Part shown: one piece after another, positions 48,506-57,440 of the stretch | Numbering within the stretch: position 1 is the stretch's first letter | Layout: each line of letters opens with the position of its first letter | DNA from: a virus | IMG/VR virus record: IMGVR_UViG_3300024180_000005 | Coordinates: 16,219-80,218 of that record | DNA length: 64,000 nt | Direction: 5' to 3' (one strand) | The notes under the pieces: model-generated | The model's input: the letters and a program-made list of their open reading frames with translations, nothing else | The model's database searches: none | Told to the model about the DNA's origin: nothing | Translations under genes and position numbers: made by a program

Positions 48506-49162
48506 CTATTTATACAACATTAAACTAACATCAATTGAAGAAGAAACATCCATTTCACAGTAATCTTTAATTTCTTCTAATCTACCAATGTGATAGTATT
48601 CGTGTACTAAAGATCCATCCATGCTTACTTTAGGACTTGAAACTCCCAACTCATAACACATTTCTTCAAAACTATATGAATATGCGAACTTTTGTTTCCA
48701 ATCGTCTGCCATATCTACAATTCTCATCTCCCATGGTTTCTTTTCATAAGGACGTAGAATATCCGCTGGTGTGATCCCATATTTATGTAGCTTGTGTAGA
48801 ACCCATGGTATGTCAAAATGTAGAATTCGAAACCCTGAAAGACTAAAGTTTTTAGTTTCTATCTTCTTCAATAGATCATTGAAGCTTTCTACAATATATC
48901 TTTCGTCTTCACCATAGAAGCTCTTAATTTGTTTTTGACCGTTATTATCTAGGTATCCGAATGAGATGCAACAGATTCTACCATAAGTAGACATTATACC
49001 TGATTGATCTAGATAAGAATCTTCTAATGAGAATTTTTCATCCCATCTCATTCTTTTCCATTTTCCTTCAAATAGTTTTGCACCACGTTCATCGTGTTCT
49101 TTAAAGTCGGTGAAGTTTTTGTACTCACCGGTCGTTTCAATATCAAAGTGAAATAACTCCAT
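48506..49162 (-). CDS. stand-alone PolB-like 3'-5' exonuclease
   Basis: FDIET, GRICCIS, FDIP, SPK..MDGS.V, IKDYCEMDV. Confidence 0.85.
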   Translation of the reverse strand: MELFHFDIETTGEYKNFTDFKEHDERGAKLFEGKWKRMRWDEKFSLEDSYLDQSGIMSTYGRICCISFGYLDNNGQKQIKSFYGEDERYIVESFNDLLKKIETKNFSLSGFRILHFDIPWVLHKLHKYGITPADILRPYEKKPWEMRIVDMADDWKQKFAYSYSFEEMCYELGVSSPKVSMDGSLVHEYYHIGRLEEIKDYCEMDVSSSIDVSLMLYK

Positions 49163-49211
49163 AGAGTTTATATGATATTTGATAAGAAAAGTCCTTTTTG
49201 ATATATAAATA

Positions 49212-49790
49212 ATGAAATTTATAAGAACGTTTAATGATAGACATAATGTTGATTCTGTATCATATGCTGATATTTCGGAATATATTAGAGAAGAGATTCA
49301 ATTGGGTATTGTTAAACCATTTAATATTGAACATAGTTTATATAAATCGGGTGATTATATATGTTCATCATTTAAAATAAATGATAGAGATGTTGTAGTT
49401 TCATCTATTGTTATAGATAATTCTGAAACGCATTGTGTTGGTTGTGGTCAAAATTATAAAACTTTATCGGATTGTATAAATCAATATGGTATAAAATCAA
49501 ATGAGTATTTAGTTATAGGATTTGGTGAATATTTGGAAGGATTTTATAATGATGATAGTACATTTTTTCGAAAAATGGCAACTATAGTCGAAATTATAAA
49601 ATCTATGGTTTTATATCATAATTTGAATTATATAATTTTTAATTCTGTTGAGAATGTTGATTATAAAAGGAGAGATAAATTTTATGAACTTTTTTTATCA
49701 TATAATAATATTGAAAATTATAAGATTAAATCAAAAATAGATATTGGTGGTGAGATATTATCTGATTTTTATTTTTTAAAGGTTTCATAG
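49212..49790 (+). CDS. tagged hypothetical protein
   Basis: Starts MKFIRTFND; GATATATA-N4-ATG. Confidence 0.7.
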   Translation: MKFIRTFNDRHNVDSVSYADISEYIREEIQLGIVKPFNIEHSLYKSGDYICSSFKINDRDVVVSSIVIDNSETHCVGCGQNYKTLSDCINQYGIKSNEYLVIGFGEYLEGFYNDDSTFFRKMATIVEIIKSMVLYHNLNYIIFNSVENVDYKRRDKFYELFLSYNNIENYKIKSKIDIGGEILSDFYFLKVS

Positions 49791-49853
49791 TCTTTTTGTT
49801 TGTCAGTAGGATGTAAAAAAACCAGGTTGTATCGCTAGTAACTTTGTGTAAAA

Positions 49854-49928
49854 TTAACTACATAATGGTTGTAAGTTTGTGTAGTGATTTAATTTTATTA
49901 TATCTTCTTCTGTTTTTGCTGATGATAT
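49854..49928 (-). pseudogene. C-terminal remnant of an HNH endonuclease
   Basis: ISSAKTEEDIIKLNHYTNLQPLCS*, no start; typical post-DHxxP segment of phage HNH/EndoVII-like enzymes. Confidence 0.65.
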
Positions 49929-49941
49929 AGATTAAATTATG

Positions 49942-50133
49942 TTAATATATTCTTTTAAATAATTCGTGAATATCTAATGTACCTTCTCTATATTTAAATT
50001 CTTTTAGTCGTCTATCTGGAAATTTATCATTTCTCCATTTAGAAGAGACTGATTTATTAACCTCGAAATATTCTTCGAGTTTTTTGGAATATTTTCGTTG
50101 TATATAGAACTCTATGAAAAATATATCTATCAT
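49942..50133 (-). CDS. small protein coupled to the MTase, possibly HTH-like
   Basis: 63-aa ORF with ATGA overlap; LEEYFEVNKSVSSKWR. Confidence 0.6.
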   Translation of the reverse strand: MIDIFFIEFYIQRKYSKKLEEYFEVNKSVSSKWRNDKFPDRRLKEFKYREGTLDIHELFKRIY

Positions 50134-51770
50134 TTTTGTAAAATTAATTTTTGTTCATCTTCTGTTAAATTAAAATATTCAAATAGAAGATCATCTGTCC
50201 ATTGTCGGTCTAATTCGACCAATGGTATCCACTTGAAAGTATCAGGTTTCATATTTTGTGTATTTTTTCTAAGTGATAAGAAAAAGTTACAAAATTTTGT
50301 ATTCATATATGATATTAGTGATTTAGATTCATTTTCTGAATTTGTTAACAATGTCATATAAGTATTTGAGCAAACTTCATTCGGGTATCCAATTATTTTA
50401 TTACCAAAATTACCAAGATTATTAGATGATCCTGCTGCATATGGTGTAAAGACTTTAAATTTGTCTATTAGATTTCTGGATGAACCAGATAGTTCATCAG
50501 GGTTTATATATTTTTTAAGTCCTTTATTTTTAGAAACATAACATAATATGTTGTTATCGGATTTAATATTATCTAATTTACTATCATTAAAATTCATCCA
50601 AAATGATTTGGATTTTGCTATCGATTTTAATGAATTATTCATATTTTCTAATATTTTATCCAATAAATTATAATATTTTAGATCAACAAAAATATCGTAT
50701 TTATTAAGTTTTGTTATTTTACCATCTATATCGACTAATCCATTATGTTTTTTATCTATCATAAAATATGAAACACCACCTTTGATCTCAACACTATTTC
50801 CAAATATTTTTGTAGCATCATCAAAGTGTCTTATTAATTTTATATCATTTCTAGAAAACATCATATTTCTAAAATTATCTAATCCAAAACCACCTGCCAA
50901 CCATCTACTTGGTGTTATGAATAAAATTTTATCAGAAAATTCTATAGATTTTTCAATAAATTCATTATAAATTGGTCTGGCTCTTTTACTACCTTCTATG
51001 GTTTCTTGATATGGTGGATTACTTAAACATAAACTAAATCTATCTACTCCCCATACTTCTCTCATGTGTATATCAAATCCATTTTCTAAGTATGATCCAC
51101 AATATACATTTAAGTCATATTCGTCATATAAATCTGCGGTACATAACCAATTAAACATTTTTGAATTTTGTAATTCACAAGCATATATCATATTTTCAAT
51201 TATGAATTTGTATCTTTCATCTTCATCGATAAAATGTGTTCTTAGACCATGCATAAATTTATAAACAACACACCATAAAAATATTCCGGAACCATTTGAT
51301 GTTTCTAAAATAGTTTTAATATTACCATTTTCATCATATGGAGAGCACCAGAAATCCTCAGAAATTTGTAAAATCATTTCCTTAACCATAAAGAAAGGAG
51401 TTAACACTTCACCAAAATCTTTTTTTAAGATATCTTTTTTTGTATATTCATCTCTGAAAATAGTTAGTATTTCCTGAACCATTTCCATTTTGCTTGGTTT
51501 TTTTTGTAAAATTAGCGCAATCTTTGAAGAAAAATCTTTCTCTTTGTCGAGAGTTCTCATTATTCTAAGTCTTTTTTCAAATGGATTTAAATCAGAGTTT
51601 AATAGATTTAATAATCTTACTTTTTCTTCTTCTGATAAATTATTATCATCCTCTATAGTTTGAGAAGTTATTATTTCTTCAAATATATTTTTGTTATGAT
51701 TTATATTGTATTCGGTAAGTGCTGTCGAGAAGGTCATTCCAAAACTTATATTACTTTTACTTAGTTGCAT
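50130..51770 (-). CDS. Eco57I-like N6-adenine DNA methyltransferase with TRD
   Basis: FGEVLTP, LETSNGSGIF, SNPPY, FITPSRW, F..VEIKGGV.YF, W.D..L.EYFNL. Confidence 0.88.
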   Translation of the reverse strand: MQLSKSNISFGMTFSTALTEYNINHNKNIFEEIITSQTIEDDNNLSEEEKVRLLNLLNSDLNPFEKRLRIMRTLDKEKDFSSKIALILQKKPSKMEMVQEILTIFRDEYTKKDILKKDFGEVLTPFFMVKEMILQISEDFWCSPYDENGNIKTILETSNGSGIFLWCVVYKFMHGLRTHFIDEDERYKFIIENMIYACELQNSKMFNWLCTADLYDEYDLNVYCGSYLENGFDIHMREVWGVDRFSLCLSNPPYQETIEGSKRARPIYNEFIEKSIEFSDKILFITPSRWLAGGFGLDNFRNMMFSRNDIKLIRHFDDATKIFGNSVEIKGGVSYFMIDKKHNGLVDIDGKITKLNKYDIFVDLKYYNLLDKILENMNNSLKSIAKSKSFWMNFNDSKLDNIKSDNNILCYVSKNKGLKKYINPDELSGSSRNLIDKFKVFTPYAAGSSNNLGNFGNKIIGYPNEVCSNTYMTLLTNSENESKSLISYMNTKFCNFFLSLRKNTQNMKPDTFKWIPLVELDRQWTDDLLFEYFNLTEDEQKLILQK

Positions 51771-51833
51771 ATATTGATTTTATTTTTATGTTAAGTTACA
51801 AACTTTTTTATATTATATATAAAAAAGTTTACT

Positions 51834-54041
51834 TTACTTTTTAAAAAGTAAAAGATAATCATCATCGTCTAATTGTTTGATTATATTTACTTTTTCTTCT
51901 TCTTCCTTATTCTTTATCTGTTCTTCTAAATTTATTTTAATCTGAATCTCTTCTTCCTGTATTTCTACTTTAACCCGTTCAATCATTTTTTTAAATTTAG
52001 CGGAGTCAAAATTGACATTTATATCAATCGTTTTTTCGTAATTTGGTTTTTCATATTTTTTACCACCTTTTCCTTCATCATCGATTACCGAAATATCCCA
52101 TTGTTCTTCCGGAATTCCTTGATCAAGTAAAAATTTAATAATCATCTTAACTCTATTTGAGAAGGTATCTTCATTCACTGCTAAGTAAATGACATTATAA
52201 TATTTTTCCCATCCATCGGGACTATCTAAAGAAATTAGGCCTTTTTCGAATTTTATGGTATCTGAATATAATGCTCTATCAGGTCTTCCTATAGATTGTT
52301 GTAATGAAATTATATTCATCTCTCTACCTATTAAACCACCATGTAAATTTGGTAGATTTATACCTTCTTTTGCAACAGAGTGTTGATGTAATATATTACC
52401 ACCGGACAATTTAATATATTCTATTATTTTTTCTCTATCATCAGTACTGGTCTCTGATGCCATGAAGTGATTTTTAACATCTGGTAAATGTTTAATCATT
52501 TCTTTACTATTTGCTATGTATCTACATCCTTCAACATGATCACCAAAAGTAATCAAATTTGGTTTTTCGTAATACTTACAAAGATCTTTATATGCAACAA
52601 TGGAAGAAACTGCTTCAATTTGTGCCTTATCTATATCTAACTTTATTCTTGTCGCGTCTCTTTTTGTTTCATTTGAATTTGATATAGATTTAATCTTTAA
52701 CAGTTTAAAGATTAATTTTGGTGCTACGAACCCTCTTTCTCTTAAATCATTTCTATTGACTTTTGCCAATAATGAACCAAATAAATCTTCATTAAATGAG
52801 CTTAATATTTCACCAAACTTATTTGATGCACTATAAAATATAGTTCCATCACATCTATCTTCATTATTTTTTAAATAATCTGCAATTTCGAGCTGGGTTT
52901 TTCTATCAGATGATGTAGATATAATATTGTGATATTCGTCTATTAGTTCTATTCCTATTTTTATATTTTTTTCTTTTAACTTTTCAACTATATTAGAATA
53001 TTTAAGACCTTGTGATTTCATAGTTGAAAATATGATAACTTTTCTACCCTGACTTCTTTCATTAATAATAAAATCTATTGCTTTTTGTGTATCTAATGTT
53101 TGTAAAACATTTGCAACTAAATCATTGTATCGTGGATTACTACCTGATCTTATAATTAAACATGATACGTTTGACTTAGTGATTTCACCATTCAATTCTT
53201 TGTGACCAAACATTTTCCATTGATAAAATTCTTTAAATGTTTGACTAATAAGAGATATAGTAGGTAGTATCATTACACAAATATCTTTATTGTACTTTTT
53301 AAATGCTCTGTCAACATTATAAAATTGACATAATGTTTTTCCCGCACCTGTTGTTGCATCAACTCTTCCTTTTGTTAAAGTACCATCTAAAACTCTTTCT
53401 GTTCCTAAATATCCCTTTTCTTTGTGACCATCCATTATCCATAATTGAACCTCTCTTGGTTTATATGGATCTTCAAAGAAATCAACTACTGAGTCTTTTA
53501 TACATTGTCTAAAATCATCCCAAAATTTTGGATCTCTTAGTATATAATCTTCTTGTGTACTTCTACCAATAACTCTTCTCGCATTTCTAGCACCTTTGAA
53601 TTTATAGTCAAATAAGTCTTCATTATCATCAAAGTTAATGAAAAGTATATTATTGTCTTTATCAATACCTAGATTCCTAGCCATCTCACCATTTGATCCT
53701 AAATCACCAATTTTAAATTGGTGATTTGGATTACTTCTCCATTTAGACTGTATTTGACCAGGTAAATCATTAAAATCGGTATATGTGAAATCATATCCAA
53801 CATTAAATGCATCATCACTGGTATCTGTTATTTGTCTTATACCTAATAGTGGATTTTCATTTCTTAGACAAAAGAATTGTGTAAATATTTCAAATGCCAT
53901 ACCGACTCTATCATTATATTCTGATGGATTTGACTCACCATATTTTTTAATAGAGTCATTCATATCTGAATATGAATTAACATTATCAAATACATTATCT
54001 TTTTCAATTTTATAAACCGATAAGTGAGTTATTTTTTTCAT
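51834..54041 (-). CDS. SF2 (ResIII-like) helicase with N-terminal Mrr-like nuclease domain
   Basis: FE..D.G.D..QSK nuclease pattern; TTGAGKT, PTISL.SQ, DEYH, SAS, EGINLP, QQSIGR. Confidence 0.8.
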   Translation of the reverse strand: MKKITHLSVYKIEKDNVFDNVNSYSDMNDSIKKYGESNPSEYNDRVGMAFEIFTQFFCLRNENPLLGIRQITDTSDDAFNVGYDFTYTDFNDLPGQIQSKWRSNPNHQFKIGDLGSNGEMARNLGIDKDNNILFINFDDNEDLFDYKFKGARNARRVIGRSTQEDYILRDPKFWDDFRQCIKDSVVDFFEDPYKPREVQLWIMDGHKEKGYLGTERVLDGTLTKGRVDATTGAGKTLCQFYNVDRAFKKYNKDICVMILPTISLISQTFKEFYQWKMFGHKELNGEITKSNVSCLIIRSGSNPRYNDLVANVLQTLDTQKAIDFIINERSQGRKVIIFSTMKSQGLKYSNIVEKLKEKNIKIGIELIDEYHNIISTSSDRKTQLEIADYLKNNEDRCDGTIFYSASNKFGEILSSFNEDLFGSLLAKVNRNDLRERGFVAPKLIFKLLKIKSISNSNETKRDATRIKLDIDKAQIEAVSSIVAYKDLCKYYEKPNLITFGDHVEGCRYIANSKEMIKHLPDVKNHFMASETSTDDREKIIEYIKLSGGNILHQHSVAKEGINLPNLHGGLIGREMNIISLQQSIGRPDRALYSDTIKFEKGLISLDSPDGWEKYYNVIYLAVNEDTFSNRVKMIIKFLLDQGIPEEQWDISVIDDEGKGGKKYEKPNYEKTIDINVNFDSAKFKKMIERVKVEIQEEEIQIKINLEEQIKNKEEEEKVNIIKQLDDDDYLLLFKK

Positions 54042-54069
54042 AATTTTTTAATTTTAACAAATATAGTAA

Positions 54070-54573
54070 TTATTTCAATATACTATTTATTTTTTGCTCT
54101 CTAATATCAATAAAATGTTTATTGAACTCTTTTATAGTCAAATAGACTCGACCACCTCTATCATCGAATATGATAACATCATCCTTACCAAGGAAAGAAT
54201 CGTATATGATTACATAGTTGTATTGTATCGTCTCGTAAAAGTTATATCCACCCTTTGCTCTCTGTTCTTTATTCTTGAATCTCTTTATACAAACACATAT
54301 TCTGGTATCATATGTTTTCCCACCAGTCCTATATTTCTCTGTTTTTAACTTTCTCTTCTTTAAAATCTGTATTTTATTGAAATCAATTATACGATTGTGT
54401 ATAATCTTCCTCGCTTTCTGAAACTCCTTTATAAAAGAATCTTCTAATCCCCTTTCTCTAATAAATTTCTCAGGTGAAAATTTGAAGACTTCCTCTAATA
54501 GAAATTTATTACTCTTACATATCTCTATGGTCTTGAGCATCTCGATCCATTTATTATAGTCTTCTAATGCCAT
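54070..54573 (-). CDS. hypothetical protein with C-terminal REQKINSIL motif
   Basis: Ends FNKHFIDIREQKINSILK; ATG 54573 taken as likely start. Confidence 0.7.
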   Translation of the reverse strand: MALEDYNKWIEMLKTIEICKSNKFLLEEVFKFSPEKFIRERGLEDSFIKEFQKARKIIHNRIIDFNKIQILKKRKLKTEKYRTGGKTYDTRICVCIKRFKNKEQRAKGGYNFYETIQYNYVIIYDSFLGKDDVIIFDDRGGRVYLTIKEFNKHFIDIREQKINSILK

Positions 54574-54577
54574 ATCT

Positions 54578-54694
54578 TTAAATATCATCACCGAAGTGTT
54601 CTTTTAGCATTTCGTGTGAATAACCTTCTCTTTTTAATTTTCTATATTCTAGAAAATTCTCTCTTGTCCATATTTCATTATATAAATTTCCCAT
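54578..54694 (-). CDS. 38-aa ORF or truncated gene
   Basis: MGNLYNEIWTRENFLEYRKLKREGYSHEMLKEHFGDDI*; fills the gap between co-oriented genes. Confidence 0.45.
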   Translation of the reverse strand: MGNLYNEIWTRENFLEYRKLKREGYSHEMLKEHFGDDI

Positions 54695-54707
54695 TAATGT
54701 TTATTCT

Positions 54708-55001
54708 TTATTTTATTAAATTTTGAAAATGAGATATGATTTTATCATCAAAAACCTCATCATATATCTTATCAATATATTCTAACTCTATAAAAAAGTG
54801 ATAATATTTATCCATAACATCTATTATAAGATAACCATCTAACATATTATTATAGAAATCATCATCAGCTTCTTTCTTAAAATTCAATATATATTTTGGG
54901 TTACAAGACTTATAATAGAATTCTTTTAATTCATCTAACTCATTTAAATAATACTTTATATTATCCACTGAGTTAAAATATATATATTTAAAATCTTCCA
55001 T
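54708..55001 (-). CDS. hypothetical protein
   Basis: 97-aa ORF. Confidence 0.55.
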   Translation of the reverse strand: MEDFKYIYFNSVDNIKYYLNELDELKEFYYKSCNPKYILNFKKEADDDFYNNMLDGYLIIDVMDKYYHFFIELEYIDKIYDEVFDDKIISHFQNLIK

Positions 55002-55093
55002 TATTTTATTGTTGTTATTTCGTTATACTTTTCAGTGAAATTTCTATTAATAATTTATTTTTTATCAGTACTATTTAAATCATCTGTTAAATA

Positions 55094-55663
55094 TTAAAGA
55101 AATACCATTATCTTCTTTTTCATTCCAAGTTTCTTTAATCCTTCAGATGGTTTACACTTAACAAAGTTTTTTAAGCCAGTCATTTCACCATTTGTTCCTA
55201 ACTTTTCGGATAAATCCATATCATCAAGTACAACCCATTTATCCGGTTTGTTTTCCTCAATGTATTTCATAATCTCTATAGATCGTTGTTCTTCGATAGT
55301 ATATCCCTTTTTATCAAAATCAGTTGAATATAATTCAGTCATACCTATCGGAACTTTTATAACACCCATTTGTTTATAGAAGTCCTGCATCTCTTCTAAG
55401 GTACAATGTAAACGCCAATCTGAACTAACTACAATATCAGCATCACTTTCAAGTAATATATCATTTAAAACTCGTACTGCATCTACTTTATTAAAATCAT
55501 CAAATCGAACAACAATTGGTACGTGACTTTGGTCTTGATTAGTATAATATACTGCGTTGTCTGGATTTTCTAAATTCCAACGTTTTATCTTAGTGAAACG
55601 AGTGCCTTGTTCGCGTCGCATACACATAACACCATCATGATCCAGAAACAATATTTTTTTCAT
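55094..55663 (-). CDS. HAD phosphatase, Swiss-army-knife RNA-repair type
   Basis: ILFLDHDGV, IVVSSDWR, R..EI..Y, WVVLDD, GL. Confidence 0.8.
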   Translation of the reverse strand: MKKILFLDHDGVMCMRREQGTRFTKIKRWNLENPDNAVYYTNQDQSHVPIVVRFDDFNKVDAVRVLNDILLESDADIVVSSDWRLHCTLEEMQDFYKQMGVIKVPIGMTELYSTDFDKKGYTIEEQRSIEIMKYIEENKPDKWVVLDDMDLSEKLGTNGEMTGLKNFVKCKPSEGLKKLGMKKKIMVFL

Positions 55664-55735
55664 AATGTAAATATAATAAATTATTTATTCTTTAACAAAT
55701 TTAATATACCTCATAAAGTATTATTTTTCAATAAA

Positions 55736-55763
55736 CAAAAAACCCTCTCTAAAAGAGAGGGTT
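55736..55763 (-). terminator. intrinsic terminator
   Basis: AACCCTCTCT-TTT-AGAGAGGGTT-TTTTG on - strand. Confidence 0.85.
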
Positions 55764-55836
55764 CGGGCCAAATTTCTTTCGAAATCTTTTGTTTTTCGGC
55801 TCCACCACCTTGTTTTATGACTACAAGGAAACCATG
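55764..55836 (-). ncRNA. candidate structured 3'-UTR RNA of unknown class
   Basis: CCTTGT/ACAAGG hairpin, GGTGGTGGAG linker, GCCGAA/TTTGGC stem enclosing TTTC-GAAA-GAAA. Confidence 0.4.
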
Positions 55837-55843
55837 TTTTATA

Positions 55844-56014
55844 TTACTTTGCAGCTTTTTCAGATTCAACTGATGCTGCTCTGTAAGGAGTAACTAACTT
55901 TTTAATCTCTCCTAATGCTTTTCTAGCATCAGCGTTAGATTTCTTAGTAGTCTTATTATGATTAGCTTCAAATTGCTCCCATAATGTTTTCAAGTTCTCA
56001 TAGATTTCTTGCAT
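55844..56014 (-). CDS. Hc1-like (Bacteroidota 'histone H1') small basic protein (56 aa), absent from ORF track
   Basis: MQEIYENLKTLWEQFEANHNKTTKKSNADARKALGEIKKLVTPYRAASVESEKAAK; ARKAL.E.KK...YR.AS signature. Confidence 0.75.
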   Translation of the reverse strand: MQEIYENLKTLWEQFEANHNKTTKKSNADARKALGEIKKLVTPYRAASVESEKAAK

Positions 56015-56093
56015 AATTATTATTTTTATTTTTTAGGGTTAAAGTACCCTTGACTTATTATTATATTTATTTTTATTAAATAAGTTTAACTTT

Positions 56094-57317
56094 TTATTCG
56101 AATAAATCCGATGCATCAGCTGAATCTGTGAATCCATTTGTATCATCTTCTTCTTCATCTCCCATTACTTTGTTGAATTCATTTTCAACCTCTTCAATTT
56201 CATCCAGTGATTTGAATCTAAAGTAATCATTTACGATTGGTGCCATTCTATTTAAAACATCTTCTGTGAAGACCTCTTGTGTGAATAGTTGTTTTTTAGT
56301 AACTGATTTACCTAAATGATTCACATACCATCTATTACCACCTGGGTTGAAAGTCATTTCACCGGTAGCCTTATTTACATCCATTTTACCTTTTGCTATA
56401 CCAATCTGTTCGAAATATTCTGGTCTACAGAAAGCGTCTAATCCACTATACTTATTCAAACCATTTAAGAATGAAATATCAAATCTTATTTTCTTTGGTT
56501 TTGCCAAACGATTTTTTTGTGTTTTGAATAGTACTGAAATACCTGATTGACCTAAATCCATCTCATCCTCATTTCCATCTTTCAATTTCGACTTACTCAA
56601 AAATCCCAAAACCGATGCAGAATAAACCAAGCCCATTCCACCCTTACTAATTTCTTTTGGAAAAAGATCCTGACTTAGATAAGTGTGGTTACAACAAACC
56701 ATTGGTATATCAAGGTATCCAAGGTCAGAACTTATACTTCTGAATAAGGCATTTAATCCCTTTGCTCTTGTCATATCTTGTTTCATTGAACCTTTTAATA
56801 AATCTTCTTTCTCTTTATTGGATGACATCATACCAATAGAGTCTAATACTATTAATATCTTAGGAATTTCGAGTCCTCCTAATTTAGCATCTTTTAGTTC
56901 ATCTAATAATTGAGTCAATGACATATTGATGTCTTCAACTTTATTTGATCTAATCAATCTAAGTTTATCAGGAGTGTTTTCTATTCCAAATTTTGTGATA
57001 CCATCTAAATCAATACTATTTTCAGTATCAATGTATATTACTGAATATCCATCTTTTTGTGCAGATTTACAAATTGAGTATGCAATGAATGATTTCCCTG
57101 CACCTGATTCACCAAGGAGTCCAAATATACGTCCTCCTAAAATACCACCACCTACTAATTTCGCAGATAATGCAGCGTCTAATAAATAACATCCTGTTGA
57201 GACAAATGATTTCTCCTTAACTTCTTTTTCTATTACGATTGGAACACTTTTTGCTATATTGTCTAATATAGATCCAACCTTACTAAATTCAAATTTTTTT
57301 ATTTCCTTTTTTGCCAT
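56094..57317 (-). CDS. uvsX: UvsX/RecA-like recombinase
   Basis: STGCYLLDAALS, GESGAGKS, IDTE, VLDSIG, DMTRAK, NHTY, GGMG..YSAS, KNR. Confidence 0.93.
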   Translation of the reverse strand: MAKKEIKKFEFSKVGSILDNIAKSVPIVIEKEVKEKSFVSTGCYLLDAALSAKLVGGGILGGRIFGLLGESGAGKSFIAYSICKSAQKDGYSVIYIDTENSIDLDGITKFGIENTPDKLRLIRSNKVEDINMSLTQLLDELKDAKLGGLEIPKILIVLDSIGMMSSNKEKEDLLKGSMKQDMTRAKGLNALFRSISSDLGYLDIPMVCCNHTYLSQDLFPKEISKGGMGLVYSASVLGFLSKSKLKDGNEDEMDLGQSGISVLFKTQKNRLAKPKKIRFDISFLNGLNKYSGLDAFCRPEYFEQIGIAKGKMDVNKATGEMTFNPGGNRWYVNHLGKSVTKKQLFTQEVFTEDVLNRMAPIVNDYFRFKSLDEIEEVENEFNKVMGDEEEDDTNGFTDSADASDLFE

Positions 57318-57440
57318 TTTTAAATTATTTTTTTATACATTATATATTCGGTATAGTACACTCCCTTTTAAAATAAAAATATGTGTCGAAGACAAAGTTA
57401 TAAACTGGGTAGGAAGAAGATATTATTTTATATATAAGAT

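Noticed and set aside
55002-55093. Possible eroded gene fragment (YLTDDLNSTDKK*IINRNFTEKYNE) on - strand
   Set aside because: Too short, no recognisable motif; cannot be distinguished from AT-rich spacer
12139-57317. Introns or inteins in nrdB, gp32, clpC or uvsX
   Set aside because: All are contiguous with no insertions evident; neighbouring endonucleases are free-standing
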